NCBI GenBank assembly: GCA_000320545.1
Contig: ADNK01002641.1
Coordinates: 15,310 to 79,309 of the forward strand
Length of the DNA stretch: 64,000 bases
Source: Bigelowiella natans CCMP2755
Taxonomy: Eukaryota; Protista; Cercozoa
Direction of reading: 5' to 3'
Below, one piece after another: positions 50,961-64,000 of this stretch. The translations under genes and the position numbers were made by a program. Below the pieces are notes generated by a model, which saw nothing but the letters and a program-made list of their open reading frames with translations, was not told the DNA's origin and did no database searches. Every line of letters begins with the position of its first letter. Position 1 is the stretch's first letter.

Positions 50961-52356
50961 GTCAGGTGTCAAATTAACAGCTATGTGTGCACACCTTTGT
51001 AAAGTTTGCAACACAATAAACTACTGCTACTAGGTGGCGTATTTCAACCACTCTAGCACTGAAAACGGCATAGGCGTTTCCTCTATTACATGTTATTTTT
51101 AAAAAGCCTTCTTCCTAACCGAAGCCCTTGGAGAGTCCATTGGCCCTCCCACCTTTTTAAATGTAATGCAATCGTCACGTCAACAAACGAACATAAGGCA
51201 TATATTGTAAAGCATCTATTTTAGACATCCATATCTCTAATTATCATAATTAGATCGTTACCTTATGTAATAACCTGCGTCCTCTCGGATGCATTATTTT
51301 TGGAGTTGTTTGTTCAGTATACGGATGAATCCCGCGCCGACTAGTTTGTTGTTGAGGTGTGTTTGGTGATCCTACTTTGTGATGCTGGTGGAGGTGGTGA
51401 GGTCCTGCAAATCCTCCTGAATCATCATCAACAACAATATTGTCATACACCTTTACTTCATACATTCATACTAATCCAGAAGAAGAAGAAAAAGAAACCA
51501 GGAGCGGCAGAAATATACATAAAGTTAAGATTATGCACAAAACATAGTTATCATCGTGTTTTCATTTTTTGTCATCATGATTAGCCATATCTCTTTCTTC
51601 AAAATAATGTTTGACTTTACTTACTACTTGATTAAGCAGTACACACCTTTACTGCCCACTATATTACCCCGAGGAGTAGCGATGTCTCTGTGTCGATTTG
51701 TAAGAAGAACCATGAGATTATTATGAGAAAAATGAGAGGAGGAAGAGAAAGAGGATTAACTAAAACAATTTCTCCGTCAATCATCATCACAAGCATCCAA
51801 TTTCTTTTGCTTGCATCACTTTTAAATTTTAAAAATCGATGAATTACGCGATAAAAACGATGCACATAATAGCCAAATACAGCAAGAAGAAGGGGGGAAA
51901 GCACACATTTTAGTCGTAGCAGTAGCAGCTGCATGTTTACTACATACAAACACAGTATATTATTACCCAGTATGTAATGTAGATGGAGTTGGGGCTGAGT
52001 GTGTGTGTTGATGTTGTGAGAATCTGAAAGAGTTAATTAAGTTTGTGTGTTGATGTTGTGAGAATCTGAAGAGTTAATTTTCATTATCACCCCCTTATTT
52101 TATGGGTAAGGTCATGTTAGTCAGTGGGATAAGGAGAGGAGGTAGAGAAAGAATTCGTAAATAAAGGAAAGCTTTGTAAGGTCCAATGACGGCAACATTT
52201 AACAACAACAAATAACAATTTAATGTTAATCAGCTTAATAATGATAATAATGACGGCAACATTTAACAACAACAAATAACAATTTAATGTTAATCAGCTT
52301 AATAATGATAATACTGATAACATTGCAGTCTAGCCTACCAATTATTTATATATTTA

Positions 52357-52682
52357 CTACCTCCGTGATGCTGCTCTAGCGATGATCTTCTTCCTTTCAG
52401 CAGCAGCACCACCAGAGGACAGGCTGTTCTTAGACTGTAATGCTCCTCCTTTGTTGTCGTTGTTGTTGTTGTTTATAATAACTCTATCTGTGCAGAATTC
52501 GCAGACAAGATATTGATGATCACTTGAGATTGTCGCTATTTGAGGATATTTGTTGCGCTCTGCATCAGGGAAAGGCATCACCCCAGTCACGTACAGCGAT
52601 GATGAAGAAGAAGAAGAAGAAGGAGGAGGAAACGGCGATGATGATAATGATGGTGATGATGGTAATGGTGATGGTGGCAATA

Positions 52683-52716
<34 letters not shown>

Positions 52717-53127
52717 GGAGGAGGAGGAGGAGAAGGAGGATGGTTCTTTAGTAGATGATGATGGTGGTGATGCTGATGATAACGTAGATCTACAAGGGGT
52801 GTAGAATATGTACTCAACCACTGGCTCCGGTACCTAAAAAGAACAAGAGGATGATGATGATGATGAGAATATAATCCTTAGGGTTATAGAGTAATAATCA
52901 ATTTATGAAGGTGAAAAATAACATCCATGCTAATGGATGTTATTTTTCTCATGAAATCATCATCATCATCATCATTATGGAATGACAAACTAATAAATCA
53001 TTATCTATCTTAGGAGGGTAGGAGTAGAGTAGGAGGTATAACGTACATGCGTACTAACTGAGAGGAATAGAAGGCAGCACAGCAAACAACAACCGTATTA
53101 TTGCTTGCTTGCTATTAATGGTACTAA

Positions 53128-53161
<34 letters not shown>

Positions 53162-53174
53162 CGTAGCGCATCCT

Positions 53175-53207
<33 letters not shown>

Positions 53208-55609
53208 CACTACTACAACTACCATACCTCGCTATGGCGGCAATAATCTTCCTCCCGGTTCAAAACCTCTCTATACGAGCTTCTGAAGGTGAAAGGGTGC
53301 TCCATTGCTGGCATGAGCTCCTTCAAAAGCAGGCAATCCTCAAGATCTCGGTGAGTTATATTGACTTTACCTTCTTGCATATAATCATACACGCAACTAG
53401 TTGGGGTGCTATTGAAATCCCCTGCGACTATTATCTTCGGGTTTCTAACGTCTTTTGTTATTCTTTGTAGTGCCTTTATCAGCACGTGTATCTGCATCAA
53501 GCGAATGAACGGTTCCTTCTTCTTGTCGCTTCTATAGAGATGGCAATTAACAACGAATATGTTATTTTCTCGTTTATACCCCTCATGATGATGATGATGA
53601 TCATCATCATCAGTACTATATTGACCAGCATCAGTTACCCCCCCCCTTGCTCCTTTTCCATCAGCACGCTGCTGCTGCTGCTGCTGGTGGTGGTGGTAAA
53701 GATGCTGGCTATTGCTGCTGCTGCTACTGCAATCGTTACGTCGCTCCTGGAGTAATGATTGCTCCTGGCGTAACAATGATGCATGGGAGGAGGAGGAGGA
53801 GGAGGAGGAGGAGGAGGAGGAGGGTGTGATGATAATATTTAAATGAATTAGTCGTAGCAAAAGAAGAAACAACTATGAAAGAAAGGACATTCACTCAATC
53901 TTATTTTACAATATCAGTGGTGGTAGTAGCAGTAAGTGTAGTAGTAATAGTAGAGTAATAGAAGGAGTAGCAGTAGTCACACAATACTTTCGCCGCAGCG
54001 GTGGCGGTTGTTGCAGTATCATCCTCATTAGCAGTAGAAGTATTGGTGGTGGTGGTTGTCGTAACAACTGCTGGCTTTGCCAAAGGCCTGAGTTCATATA
54101 CTATGCATGTCCTCTTTATCATGAGCTTGTTGTAGGAATCTTGAATTTCATCTTTCAACTCTGGCTTTGAGATACAAAGTTTTTTAATATCGGCATCCAT
54201 GAGATCTATTATCTCTGACTCGAAACATATCAAGTGGTCTTGCACACCAATAAACTTATCCTTCTTGAAGAACAGCGCGCAACCATAGTTGCTACCCGCA
54301 TATTTAGAGTGGTAGTTGAAACCCAAATGATGAGTCCACCAATTCGTCAAATGATTTTTATCAATCTCTTGTAAGCACAGCACATCAGCATCTTGTCTCC
54401 GTATGTGAGTGAGAAGGTTTAGGAACCGATACGCCCACATCAGTTGATGCTTCTTACATTTCTTTTCCCATGCATCACGGGCTTGATCCGCAAGTGTATT
54501 CCATGATAAGATTTTCCAAGACTCATATACCGCCGCCCCTTTGACAAGAAGCTGCTGCTGTTTCTGTTGTTGCAGGTACTTACCTCCAGGAGCCGTCAAA
54601 TTTTGAGGGTGCTGCTGCTGCCTTCTTTTATCGGCTTACGGTGCCATTTGCGTTCATTAGGGGATTGGGGTGCTGGTAACACTATCGAGGATGATTCATC
54701 TGAATAATGCTGAATAATAGTAATAATAATAAGAATAATAATAATAATAATAAGGGAGGTGTTCCAACACTTATGAGTGTTTATGGTGAGATATATAAGT
54801 TTTCTCTCTCTCTCTCTCCCTCTCCCTCTCCCTCTCCCTCAAAAGAGGTAGAGAGAGAGTAGAGAGGGAGAGGGAGGTAGAAGTTGAATGCAGATGTACT
54901 AGTGATGATGAGGGTTTGATACTGCCTATGAGTAGCAGTAGTAGTAAAATACCTTTCCATTGACGATAAATTCAATCTTTAGCTGGTGATGTAAATCATA
55001 TTCATTAGGTGTGTAAGTAAAGCCTGTACCCACAAATTCCCACTCTCCTCCCCCTCCTCCTTCTTTCTCTGCACACAGTCTCTTGAACCATCTCACAATA
55101 TCTGGCCGTTGGCATGTGCCGCCATGAGTGTATATTGGAGTCATCTCACAGCCTACGATTGGTTGGGGTAGATTGGAAAGGTGGAGGTCTAATGTCGGTG
55201 GTTTGCGTCCATTCTTCCTCCGCAAGGGAACCTTAAAAATTGCACAAGAAATGTAAGTAACGACTGTTACATCTGAATTGAGATCTATGTATAAATTCAT
55301 TAGTTAAATAGTAAATGTAATAACGACTGCTACATCTAAATTGAGATATATGTATAAATTTGTTAGTTACAAAGTAATCACAATTTAGATGAGATTAATG
55401 TGCACATATATTAGTTACAAGTAATCTACCTAACTTGACAGTCATTATTTTGCATCATTATCAACATCATGTGGCTGCTACTATACTTAAAATCATAATA
55501 CAGGTAATTCTTGACAAATAAAAGTGGTCAATCAACCGAATGGACACTCCCTATTGAGACTTTTCGACGGCCCTTAGCTTCGCTGATGATACCGGTACTG
55601 CTGATACTC

Positions 55610-55647
<38 letters not shown>

Positions 55648-57230
55648 GGTTGTAGAGGTGCTAGAAGTAGCAGTACCAGCAGAAGTTAGGATCATCTTCG
55701 AATTAGATGTTGGTTTAGCATGTGCCGCCACAGAGGAACAATTTCCGCCTCCTCTTTTTTCCTGCTGCTGTTTCTGCTTTGCAGTATCTATCAAAAGTAG
55801 TTTTGTATCCCCATTTATCTGTTGTGGTACGTACGCTGCTGCTGGTTCAAGATTTCTAGTCGCAGTACTTATAGCTTGATTGGTGTTGCCGGAAGTGTTA
55901 CAGCCTCCGATTTTTAACAAAGCCTTGCTGCTGCTGCTGCCACTGCTGCCATCTTTGCTGCTGCCCTCAGGATTAGAGTGATTATTTCGATGAAATAACT
56001 GCTGTGGTTGTCTCCGGCATTGATTAGATTCATTCTCCCTTTCCGTTTTACTCACAATTAACCGTTCTCCTCGAACCTTTTTAATCATGTCCGTTTGTTG
56101 CTGCTGCACTGTTTGAGGGTCATAGTTGTCGTTCCTTCCCTCACCATCCAACCCACCAATAGGTGCATGATCTCCTGTTTCTAGCTTATGTGATTGGTTG
56201 TTATTATTTGTTTGAATTATTTGATCGAAGCTTTGATGTCTCTCTGCTTCTGAATGACAATGTCCCATCTCTTCAGTCTCCTCCTCCTCGCAGCTTTATC
56301 ACTCGTCGTGCTGGTCAATTACAACGGTATTGTCCTCGTAGATTCGAACCAACCTTCTTTTTTTACGTAGAAATAGTGGTGTTGGATTTTGATTCGGGGG
56401 TAATGTGAAATAATTTCACACCCTAGACTTTAATTAATTTTAGAGTCAATATTTACTTTAATCAATCAATCACCACATTACGGGTTTCGGAGATGTAAAG
56501 GAGTTTTGCTGAGTATAAATAATCGCAACTCCCAGTTGATTTTTCACAGTTCCACACAGGTAGCAGTTGCCTAATATATTTCTTCTCGGTAGGTTAGATT
56601 CTGTTACGGTCAGTAGTCTACTATCACTACTGCGCTGTTGAAATTCCTTCTCATGGGCGTCGGTGAAGAATGATTATTCTCCTGAAGTACAACAAGCAAT
56701 AAATGTTAATGATACTCTATGGCACGCGACGACCGAAAAGTTGATATGAGGCCCTAGCCGTGCTTTAGTCTCACGCTGACCTGTTGTTGTTGTATCTATA
56801 CTCTTGTTTTCACTCGTGTCGCCTCGGTTAGAGCACTGTATCACTGAAACATAGAGGCGCGAAATTAGAAGTTGTTGCTCTCTGTATCTGCCCGTAGGTA
56901 AATTGTAGATTCAATTCTTTCATCAATTCTATCAAGCGTACTCGTGCAGTTTCCAAACTACGTCTACATCACTCGAATGCATATCACGACGATGCTTGAA
57001 TATGTGTCTATCCCTCTGCCGTTCGAAAGATCTATTCGAATCAATAGTCGCATCTTCGTGGTGCGCATCAGTAACTGCTACTCATCCAATATTGTTTATC
57101 CCTTTCAAACTCCGACCCATACCTCAATTTTCGTGCCTTCCCTTCTTCGGCCCCGGGTGGGGTGGCTTCCTTTCTTGTGCAGTAGTCTTCTATCAAAGGT
57201 TTTAAGACTCACAAATGTGTACACATCCAT
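52357..57230 (-). CDS. CCR4/PDE12-like deadenylase (EEP superfamily), multi-exon
   Basis: WEFVGTGFTYTPNEYDLHHQLKIEF (CCR4/PDE12 N-terminal domain); ILSWNTLA; DVLCLQEID; GCALFFKK; VVNCHL; IVAGDFNSTP; VEYIFY; SSDHQYLVCEF. Both ends approximate. Confidence 0.88.
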
Positions 57231-57857
57231 GGACATCTTAAGCAGAAAAACCAGAAAGCTTGACATATTCCTGCTTTATTCACAATTAACGCCTCATGTA
57301 AGTTGTCGTTCTTAAATGAAGACAAGTTGACATTAGGAGGCAACTTAAAAAATAATTTGGTCTGTATTTAGCGCTATATTATTTTCAGCTAAAAAAATAT
57401 TCGGAGAAACTTGTGCAAGACCGTAACGCACGGAACGATGATGATGGTGACAGGATTTTATTAGGGAAATTTAAGGCGCATCATGCATTCTCTCCTTTTC
57501 ATGAATACTGCCAAGAGTAGGTTTTGTCGCAAGTCGCAAGCATGTATCTCTCCAAAGCCATTTGATTTCCAAGGATTTCCTAGGATTTCAGGCATTTTTA
57601 GAATGCAACAATGTCAAAAACAGACATTGTGGAAAATGTCCATGGACTTTTCCTCGGTCTTTTTTTTTTGTATGAAGAATGAGAGCAGTGTGTCGCATGC
57701 CCAGTTAGTTTAGTTCGTCGTTCTAGTTCATAGTTATTGAAGTGATCTCATGACGGATGTCGAAAGTTTAGTTAGTCATTCTAGTCGCATCCTTGGCTGC
57801 CCAGCATTGTCCATTGCCCCAGCTATAGTTGTGTACTGCTCGTATCTGAATTCCAGA

Positions 57858-58292
57858 CAACAGCAACAACAACAACAACAACAACAACAGCAACAACAAC
57901 AACAACAACAATAACAACAGCAACAACAACAATTTTCCTCATAAATTTCACACCTTACATACCTATCATTAAATTTACCAGAATAAAAGCTTCAAACCTA
58001 AAAAATAGACGCCTCAAACCTAAAAGTAAAAAGAAAAAAGTTTATTAACTACAAGTCAAAAATTTTGCTATGTTCTGCCATACAATTTTTGACTTTCGCA
58101 ATGTCCGTTATGAGACAACATCCACTATGAAAATCACTTCGGTGTAACAACATAGCTGGGAAGTCAAGGGCGCGAACAGAATAACTGACTAACTAACTAA
58201 CTAACAACAACAACAACAGCAACAACAGCAACAACAACAACAACAACAACAACAACAGCAACAACAGCAACAACAACAACAACAACAACAGC

Positions 58293-58326
<34 letters not shown>

Positions 58327-58328
58327 GC

Positions 58329-58360
<32 letters not shown>
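57858..58360. repeat. Two (CAA/CAG)n tracts (57858-57930, 58203-58360)
   Basis: Seen directly. Confidence 0.95.
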
Positions 58361-58547
58361 GCACCACTACGAGCACTACGAGCACGTCGTCGTCCAAGAA
58401 GAAATTATAAGCACCTGCATGCAGCAACGGCAGGATTATCTTAGCTTCCACACACGATCAAGTACGTCGTCACTGTGAATGGTGGACACTGATAATCCCG
58501 TCGCCGTCCAAAGAAACATCAGTACGTTATGGGGGGGGAGCTTTTTC

Positions 58548-59942
58548 ATGACGAAGGGTCCATACGCTCTTCTCGCCGTGTAAGTTTTGTGGCGGTTGAT
58601 GATTCAACTCTTCCCACGAAATTTTCTATTCATCGATTCCACACCAGAAAATTGTTTGTTGATGCACACATGCTACTAATTGCACAGGGTGTGTGGCGTA
58701 GGATTAGTTGCACAGGCAGGAATCAATGCAAGACTGGTAGACAATTGTTAACGGTGTTCGTGGAGGGCGATGCATCACCATTCTTGCTTTCCACAGTCAC
58801 GGGCCATCCACATGCCACCACTGAAATGATACACATGCCAGATGTACATGATGATGGGGTGAAATTCTTGGTCACCCGCTTCGTGCTGCCTCATCCATGT
58901 CATCATGATGTACATGATGATAGGGTGAAATTCTTGGTCACCCCCTTCGGGCTGCCTCAGCCAGCTTTCTCACGGTCAGAAGGCATCAGGCTACTACTAC
59001 TTTATACTTTTTCTTTCTTTTTACATTGTATTTCTTATCGTTACTACTACGCTACTACATGGTTTCGCGTGCGGTAGCCATTACAACTGCGGATAGATTG
59101 ATCTCTTAAATACCACTGATTTTGCTGTTTTCGCTACTGTCTGTCATCATCTCTAAAATTCATTCTTCTTAGCAGATGTAATTATTCAAGTATCACTATC
59201 ACTCACACTTCTTTTATTAGGGAATTTTCGTCCTCATTCCGCCTGCAGTCGCATCTGGGGCACCTCTGCATACAGAAGCTATGCCAGAAATCTATCGGTC
59301 AGGGGTGAAAATGCTGCCTTAATATTGAGTGACAGTGACTAATTAATGGCATTGACAAAGCACTAATCGCCGACATTATTCTGTGTTGGCTATCTTAGAT
59401 TATTAAAGCATGACAAAACAGAATTACTTATGTTTTGTGGAGGGCCACTAGGAGCATTTTTCGTTGCTTCAGGAGTGGTAATAAGTGACCTTATTTGTGA
59501 ATACCGCCTGCTTCTTCTCGATGTTGTTGTTCATGGTTGCTACTGGGCGTATTATAGTTGCAATGAACAAAATAATAGTAGGTATAGTTTTGCTGCCTAT
59601 GTATGAAAGTAAGAAAAATGTTCATCAGAATGCTATGCTCCATTCAGCAGCAATGCATGTTGAAGTCAATAAAATAGCAGCATAATCAATGGCATCTATG
59701 AGTTCAATTTACTGTGCTATGGAACGATGATGATGAAGTCACATCCCGTGCAAATTAATTACAGAAATGAAAATAAGCCACATGACTTTTCCTCAGCTAC
59801 TGTCCCCATTAATTGGATTTGCGATGTTTTTCGTCGCTGTGGTAACGGGCCAGCTTGTTATGTCTCTAGTGTATGACAAGATTGGTTTCTATCACACCGA
59901 GAAGCAATCGGTGTGTGTTGAGTTGAGTCGGGTTCATTATAT

Positions 59943-59978
<36 letters not shown>

Positions 59979-61157
59979 GAGGAGGAGGAGATGATAAAAA
60001 AAGGATATATTATTGCCGTGTGAAATATCAGTCGAGATGATAAAAAAAGGATATATTATTGCCGTGTGAAATATCAGTCGAAGAGGAAAGAGAGCCAATA
60101 ATTCTGTATTCCAACAGTATTTCCACGCAATCAATCCTTTTCACTAACTCTGTTGAGAACACGTTCTAATTGGCGCTAAAATTAGTTAAATTCATTGATT
60201 GATTACGTAGGTAGGCACCTTGCAAAGTGTTGGTGTTGTGTTGGCTATAGGGGGGGCAGTCATATTTCAAGGTAATGGTAATGATATGCATGTGTGTGTG
60301 TTTGTGTGTGTGTGAGTGAGTGTGTGTTTTCAAAAAAAGACAACTCTTAGATACTGATATTGATGTGCTCTAACCCTAATAAAACTCCTAGATACTGATA
60401 TTGATGTGCTGCGCGTTGTTTCTCTTTATTGGTTGTAGTAGTAGTAGTAGTAGTCATCATCTTCATCATCATCATCATCATTTATCATCATTCATCATCA
60501 AATCACTACTACTAATACCACTACTACTACTTTCATCATCTTCCCTATGTTGTCGTGAGTAGAGGTGTGTGTGGTAATTAGGAGATCAATTAACTAATTC
60601 GAAAGGAGTGTCAGCTGAATTTACTATTGTCGGTGTTGTTGCTGGTAATAAACAAAATTCAGTGAGTTGCTTATCAAATCATAATCAAAAGAAGAAAGAG
60701 AGGGGGACTACATTAAGCAGCATTTTCCTTATGTGAGCTGCAGCATTTTCCTTATGTGAGCTGCTGCTTTATTTATTGCTATCATGATGAATTAGTATCA
60801 ATATCTATCGGAACAACGGAATACGTAATATTGTAAGAATAACATGAAATCACCTTGCCCATTAAGCTTTATTACCACTATTACATCATGAAATCACCCA
60901 GCACTCTTTAAGCACCTACTACCACTATCTCTGCTGAGAACGAAAATACTGCCTGCAGCTAAAGAATTATTGGGAAAATAGTGTCATTATGCCTCAACGC
61001 TCACTACCTACTTGCAGGTGCATTATTGATCATACAAAGCTCATTTAATAAGAGACTCTCTAAGGTTTAGAATGATAACCATCTTGATGTAGCAACTAAG
61101 AAGTATAGTGATGAAAGGTGTAGAATGATAACGACGATCTTGATGTAAGAGTAAAGC

Positions 61158-61190
<33 letters not shown>

Positions 61191-62839
61191 CTGATAATTA
61201 CTAGTAATATCTGGTAGAGCTGAAGGAACACGAAAATCATGCCGCATGATAGCATTTTGACGTCCTAAACAGCAGATTCGTAGATATGGAGTTAGACATT
61301 CCCGCCTATACCAAATAGTGATGATCTTTGTTGTTGTTGTTGTTGTTGTCGTTGTTGCACCTGTTTCGTCTGTTGTTACTTTGTGCGTTCTCACTATGTT
61401 CGTTGACCTAGGTTTTGAGATCACCTTGGAGGGGCGCTCTCATATCCTTTATTATAGGGTCCTCTTCATCATTATTACCATCAGCATGATAATTATTTAT
61501 TACAATTATTATTATTTATTACTATGAGCTTCTAGATGGAAGAAATACACAAAGTACCAGTTTAAGAAACGGTTTAATCATGGTTCAGATCATTAGCGTT
61601 ACTCTCAGCTGCAGCAATAGAAACTGTTGTATCGAACAGATCTCTATCCTTTCACGAAGGTGCTACCAAGGATATGTTTTATATTTGCATGGAAGTTGAT
61701 ACTGATAGACTTCATAATGATTGTAAGGCTATGTAATTGTTATTGATGATGGTGATTATAATCATTAGATAATGATAATGGTGATTGGTCCACTGATGAT
61801 GATTTATATGACATGGTAGTTGGTCAATGGTGGATGTGGTTCGGTGGTCCTATCGGGGCGGCAGTGTTGGGGTACTACTATCAAATTCTATAGCTAGAAT
61901 AACCTGCACATGGAGACAAGAAGATAACTAGAGTCGGCATCAGAACACGTTTCACTCCCTTTCAAATTATCAGTTTGGCTTTCATTCTAGTTCCAGGGGA
62001 AATTGGATTTGTACTAACGTTCGCTTCAGTAGTTCTGGGTATGCATTTAAGACATAGATAAAAAACACGAAAACCTGGGAGGTACATAAGACGGGTAATA
62101 GTGCAATGGTCATGTTGGTCTGGTTTTTATAGGATGAGAAAAAAAAAGGGGGGTTCAATCCACAAAGAGTCATCAAATAGATTATTGTCGGAGAGGTTAT
62201 TGTCGGAAACAACTACGATGACGATGACGACTTCTTTGGATATATTGTTAGAGTTTATTCTGTGCACCAAGATCCCTAAAACATCATATACAGGAGAACT
62301 TGTGGGAGGTTTAGTGTTAGACCACCTAGATGCACTGGGGTTAGGAAAACGCCCTGCAACACCTCTGAGAGTAACAGGAATAATCACCGTGCTAATTGCT
62401 ATGGTAGTAATATTGAGTTACTTATCAATTTGCGAAAATTTAAAAGAGGAAAATTTATAAAAGGAAAAGTTTTGTTTTTGACAAGTCTTGTTTTAAAATT
62501 GAAATTTATGTGACAAAATGCTGATTGTCATTGCTCGAGGTTTGGTTTTCATGGCGTGATATTTCCATTGCATTACAGGGCTTAGTGAGTTTCAGTAGCG
62601 CCACACGGATTGGGAAAAAGAAGAACTTGAACGACGCTAAAGACTGTGACGACAGCAAAGATGAGGATTCTGATCACAAATCGAAGGGAGCAGAGAAAAA
62701 GCGACACCATGAGGAACAGCAACAGCAACGGCATCTGCATGAGCTGAAACCTGCAAACAGCATTGTCATGAGTTGCTCATCTTCGAATCGACCTTCGGCA
62801 ATCATGCTTCGTCGGTGCGATGTTTCTGGGGCACCCTGA
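58548..62839 (+). CDS. DMT-superfamily transporter with two YdcZ/DUF606-like repeats, multi-exon
   Basis: Repeat 1: GVGLVAQAGINARL|GEILGHPLRAASASF, GGPLGAFFV, LLSPLIGF..VTGQLVMSLVYDKIG. Repeat 2: GALLIIQSSFNKRL, SPWRGALISF, WWMWFGGPIGA, GELVGGLVLDHL..TPLRVTG. Last exon ~62579-62839. Start may lie further upstream. Confidence 0.82.
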
Positions 62840-63756
62840 AGCGAGAGTTCAATTGTTGCATCATGCTGACATGTGTTTGCAATTTTGTGCTCTCAAATGT
62901 CCACAACAAAAATCACAAACAAATGAATCAAAACGCTGTTTTCGAAATCAAACAATCCGCCATGCTCACTCAGAATTCATCAATGGAATGCGGTGCAATT
63001 TGCACTCGTCATGATTTCACAACCAGTTCAAACCATGCGCATGGCGGACTTGCAGGTTTCAGGTGGAATTTGTTTGCACAACATTCATTCCCAAATTGAT
63101 CTGCGTGTCCAGGCAGACGCATTCAACTGCAATGAATGTCGCGCGCGCATTGCGTGCACACTTTCTGTCAAAAATCGCCGTGAATTTCAAAAATGAGCAC
63201 AAGTTGAAATTCAGGCCAATCCGAGCAGAATGACCCACAACACATCCAGGTCAAACCGGTCACAACTTCACGAAAATTGAAAAAAAAAATGACGCACCTT
63301 TTTCGCGCAAACTCCATTGAGATGGCACATGCACAAGTCCGTCAAACCTGCAACGAATCGCCAGAGTGTGCATTTGGAAACTTTTGCGCGCGACCAAGCG
63401 CGTCACGTGATGCAATGGACATTGGATTTGCTCGCATTTCTTTGAAATTTTTTGTGCACATCACACTTGGTCAAACGCACACGCAAAAGCGTTCAAAATG
63501 TGGCAGGGAACAAACGCGCAGCGTGTCAAGGAACTTGCAGATTCAAAGACAAATGCATGTGCAGGCATGCAAAGGAGCTGCCGGGAGAGAAGAAACGATG
63601 GAAAGGCAACAAAGAGAAATCCCTTGAAACAGATTCGGGGGACATGCAGCCTCAAAAATGAACACTTGTTTGGTCCATGTTTCGGTCATTTTTTTTTCAG
63701 GTTTGGCCTTGAGGGTTTGGCCTTGAGAGTTTGGCCTTAAAGGTTTGGCCTTGAGG
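62700..63756. repeat. TpA-depleted subtelomeric sequence ending in a 14-bp repeat (ggtttggccttgag) x4
   Basis: About 1 kb with virtually no TA; 14-mer array at ~63700-63756. Confidence 0.75.
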
Positions 63757-63976
63757 GTCAGGGTTAGGGTTAGGGTCAGGGTTAGGGTTAGGGTCAGGGT
63801 TAGGGTTAGGGTTAGGGTTAGGGTTAGGGTTAGGGTTAGGGTTAGGGTTAGGGTTAGGGTTAGGGTTAGGGTTAGGGTTAGGGTTAGGGTTAGGGTTAGG
63901 GTTAGGGTTAGGGTTAGGGTTAGGGTTAGGGTTAGGGTTAGGGTTAGGGTTAGGGTTAGGGTTAGGGTTAGGGTTA
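63757..63976 (+). repeat. Telomeric repeat (TTAGGG)n with three proximal TCAGGG variants
   Basis: ~220 bp of TTAGGG, G-rich strand pointing to the window end; followed by 24 non-telomeric bases. Confidence 0.95.
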
Positions 63977-64000
63977 CTCGTACCGTTGAATGTGTTCCGC

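Noticed and set aside
58529-59077. 182-aa ORF as a stand-alone gene
   Set aside because: Runs across exons and introns of the YdcZ-like gene without its motifs

Overview
Eukaryotic nuclear DNA ending in a (TTAGGG)n tract. The organism is most likely a chlorarachniophyte-type alga, inferred from a nucleus-encoded green-type Psb27 with signal peptide + transit peptide + thylakoid signal. Two compartments alternate. (1) Intron-rich host genes with microsatellite-saturated, TpA-rich introns: an NCKX-type Na/Ca exchanger, Psb27, a GH47 alpha-1,2-mannosidase, MOCS2B/MoaE, a CCR4/PDE12-like EEP nuclease, a YdcZ/DUF606 DMT transporter and an intronless secreted protein. (2) Repeat/transposon blocks (~11.3-12.35, 13.9-14.6, 21.8-31.1, 46.6-51.0 and 62.6-63.75 kb) from which TpA has almost disappeared. 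These blocks include a complete Ty3/gypsy element (422-bp LTRs, CATGC target-site duplication [TSD]) and a 962-bp element with terminal inverted repeats (TIRs) and an 8-bp TSD. Main finding: the repeats appear to carry a repeat-targeted A-to-G hypermutation on both strands (TpA->TpG/CpA, sparing TAG/CTAG), the reverse direction to fungal RIP. Conserved Tyr codons in RT/integrase have become Cys/His (YVDD->HVDD, YYW->CCW), and paired LTR, TIR, tandem and telomeric copies differ at TA sites. Exon coordinates and counts were read by eye and are approximate.
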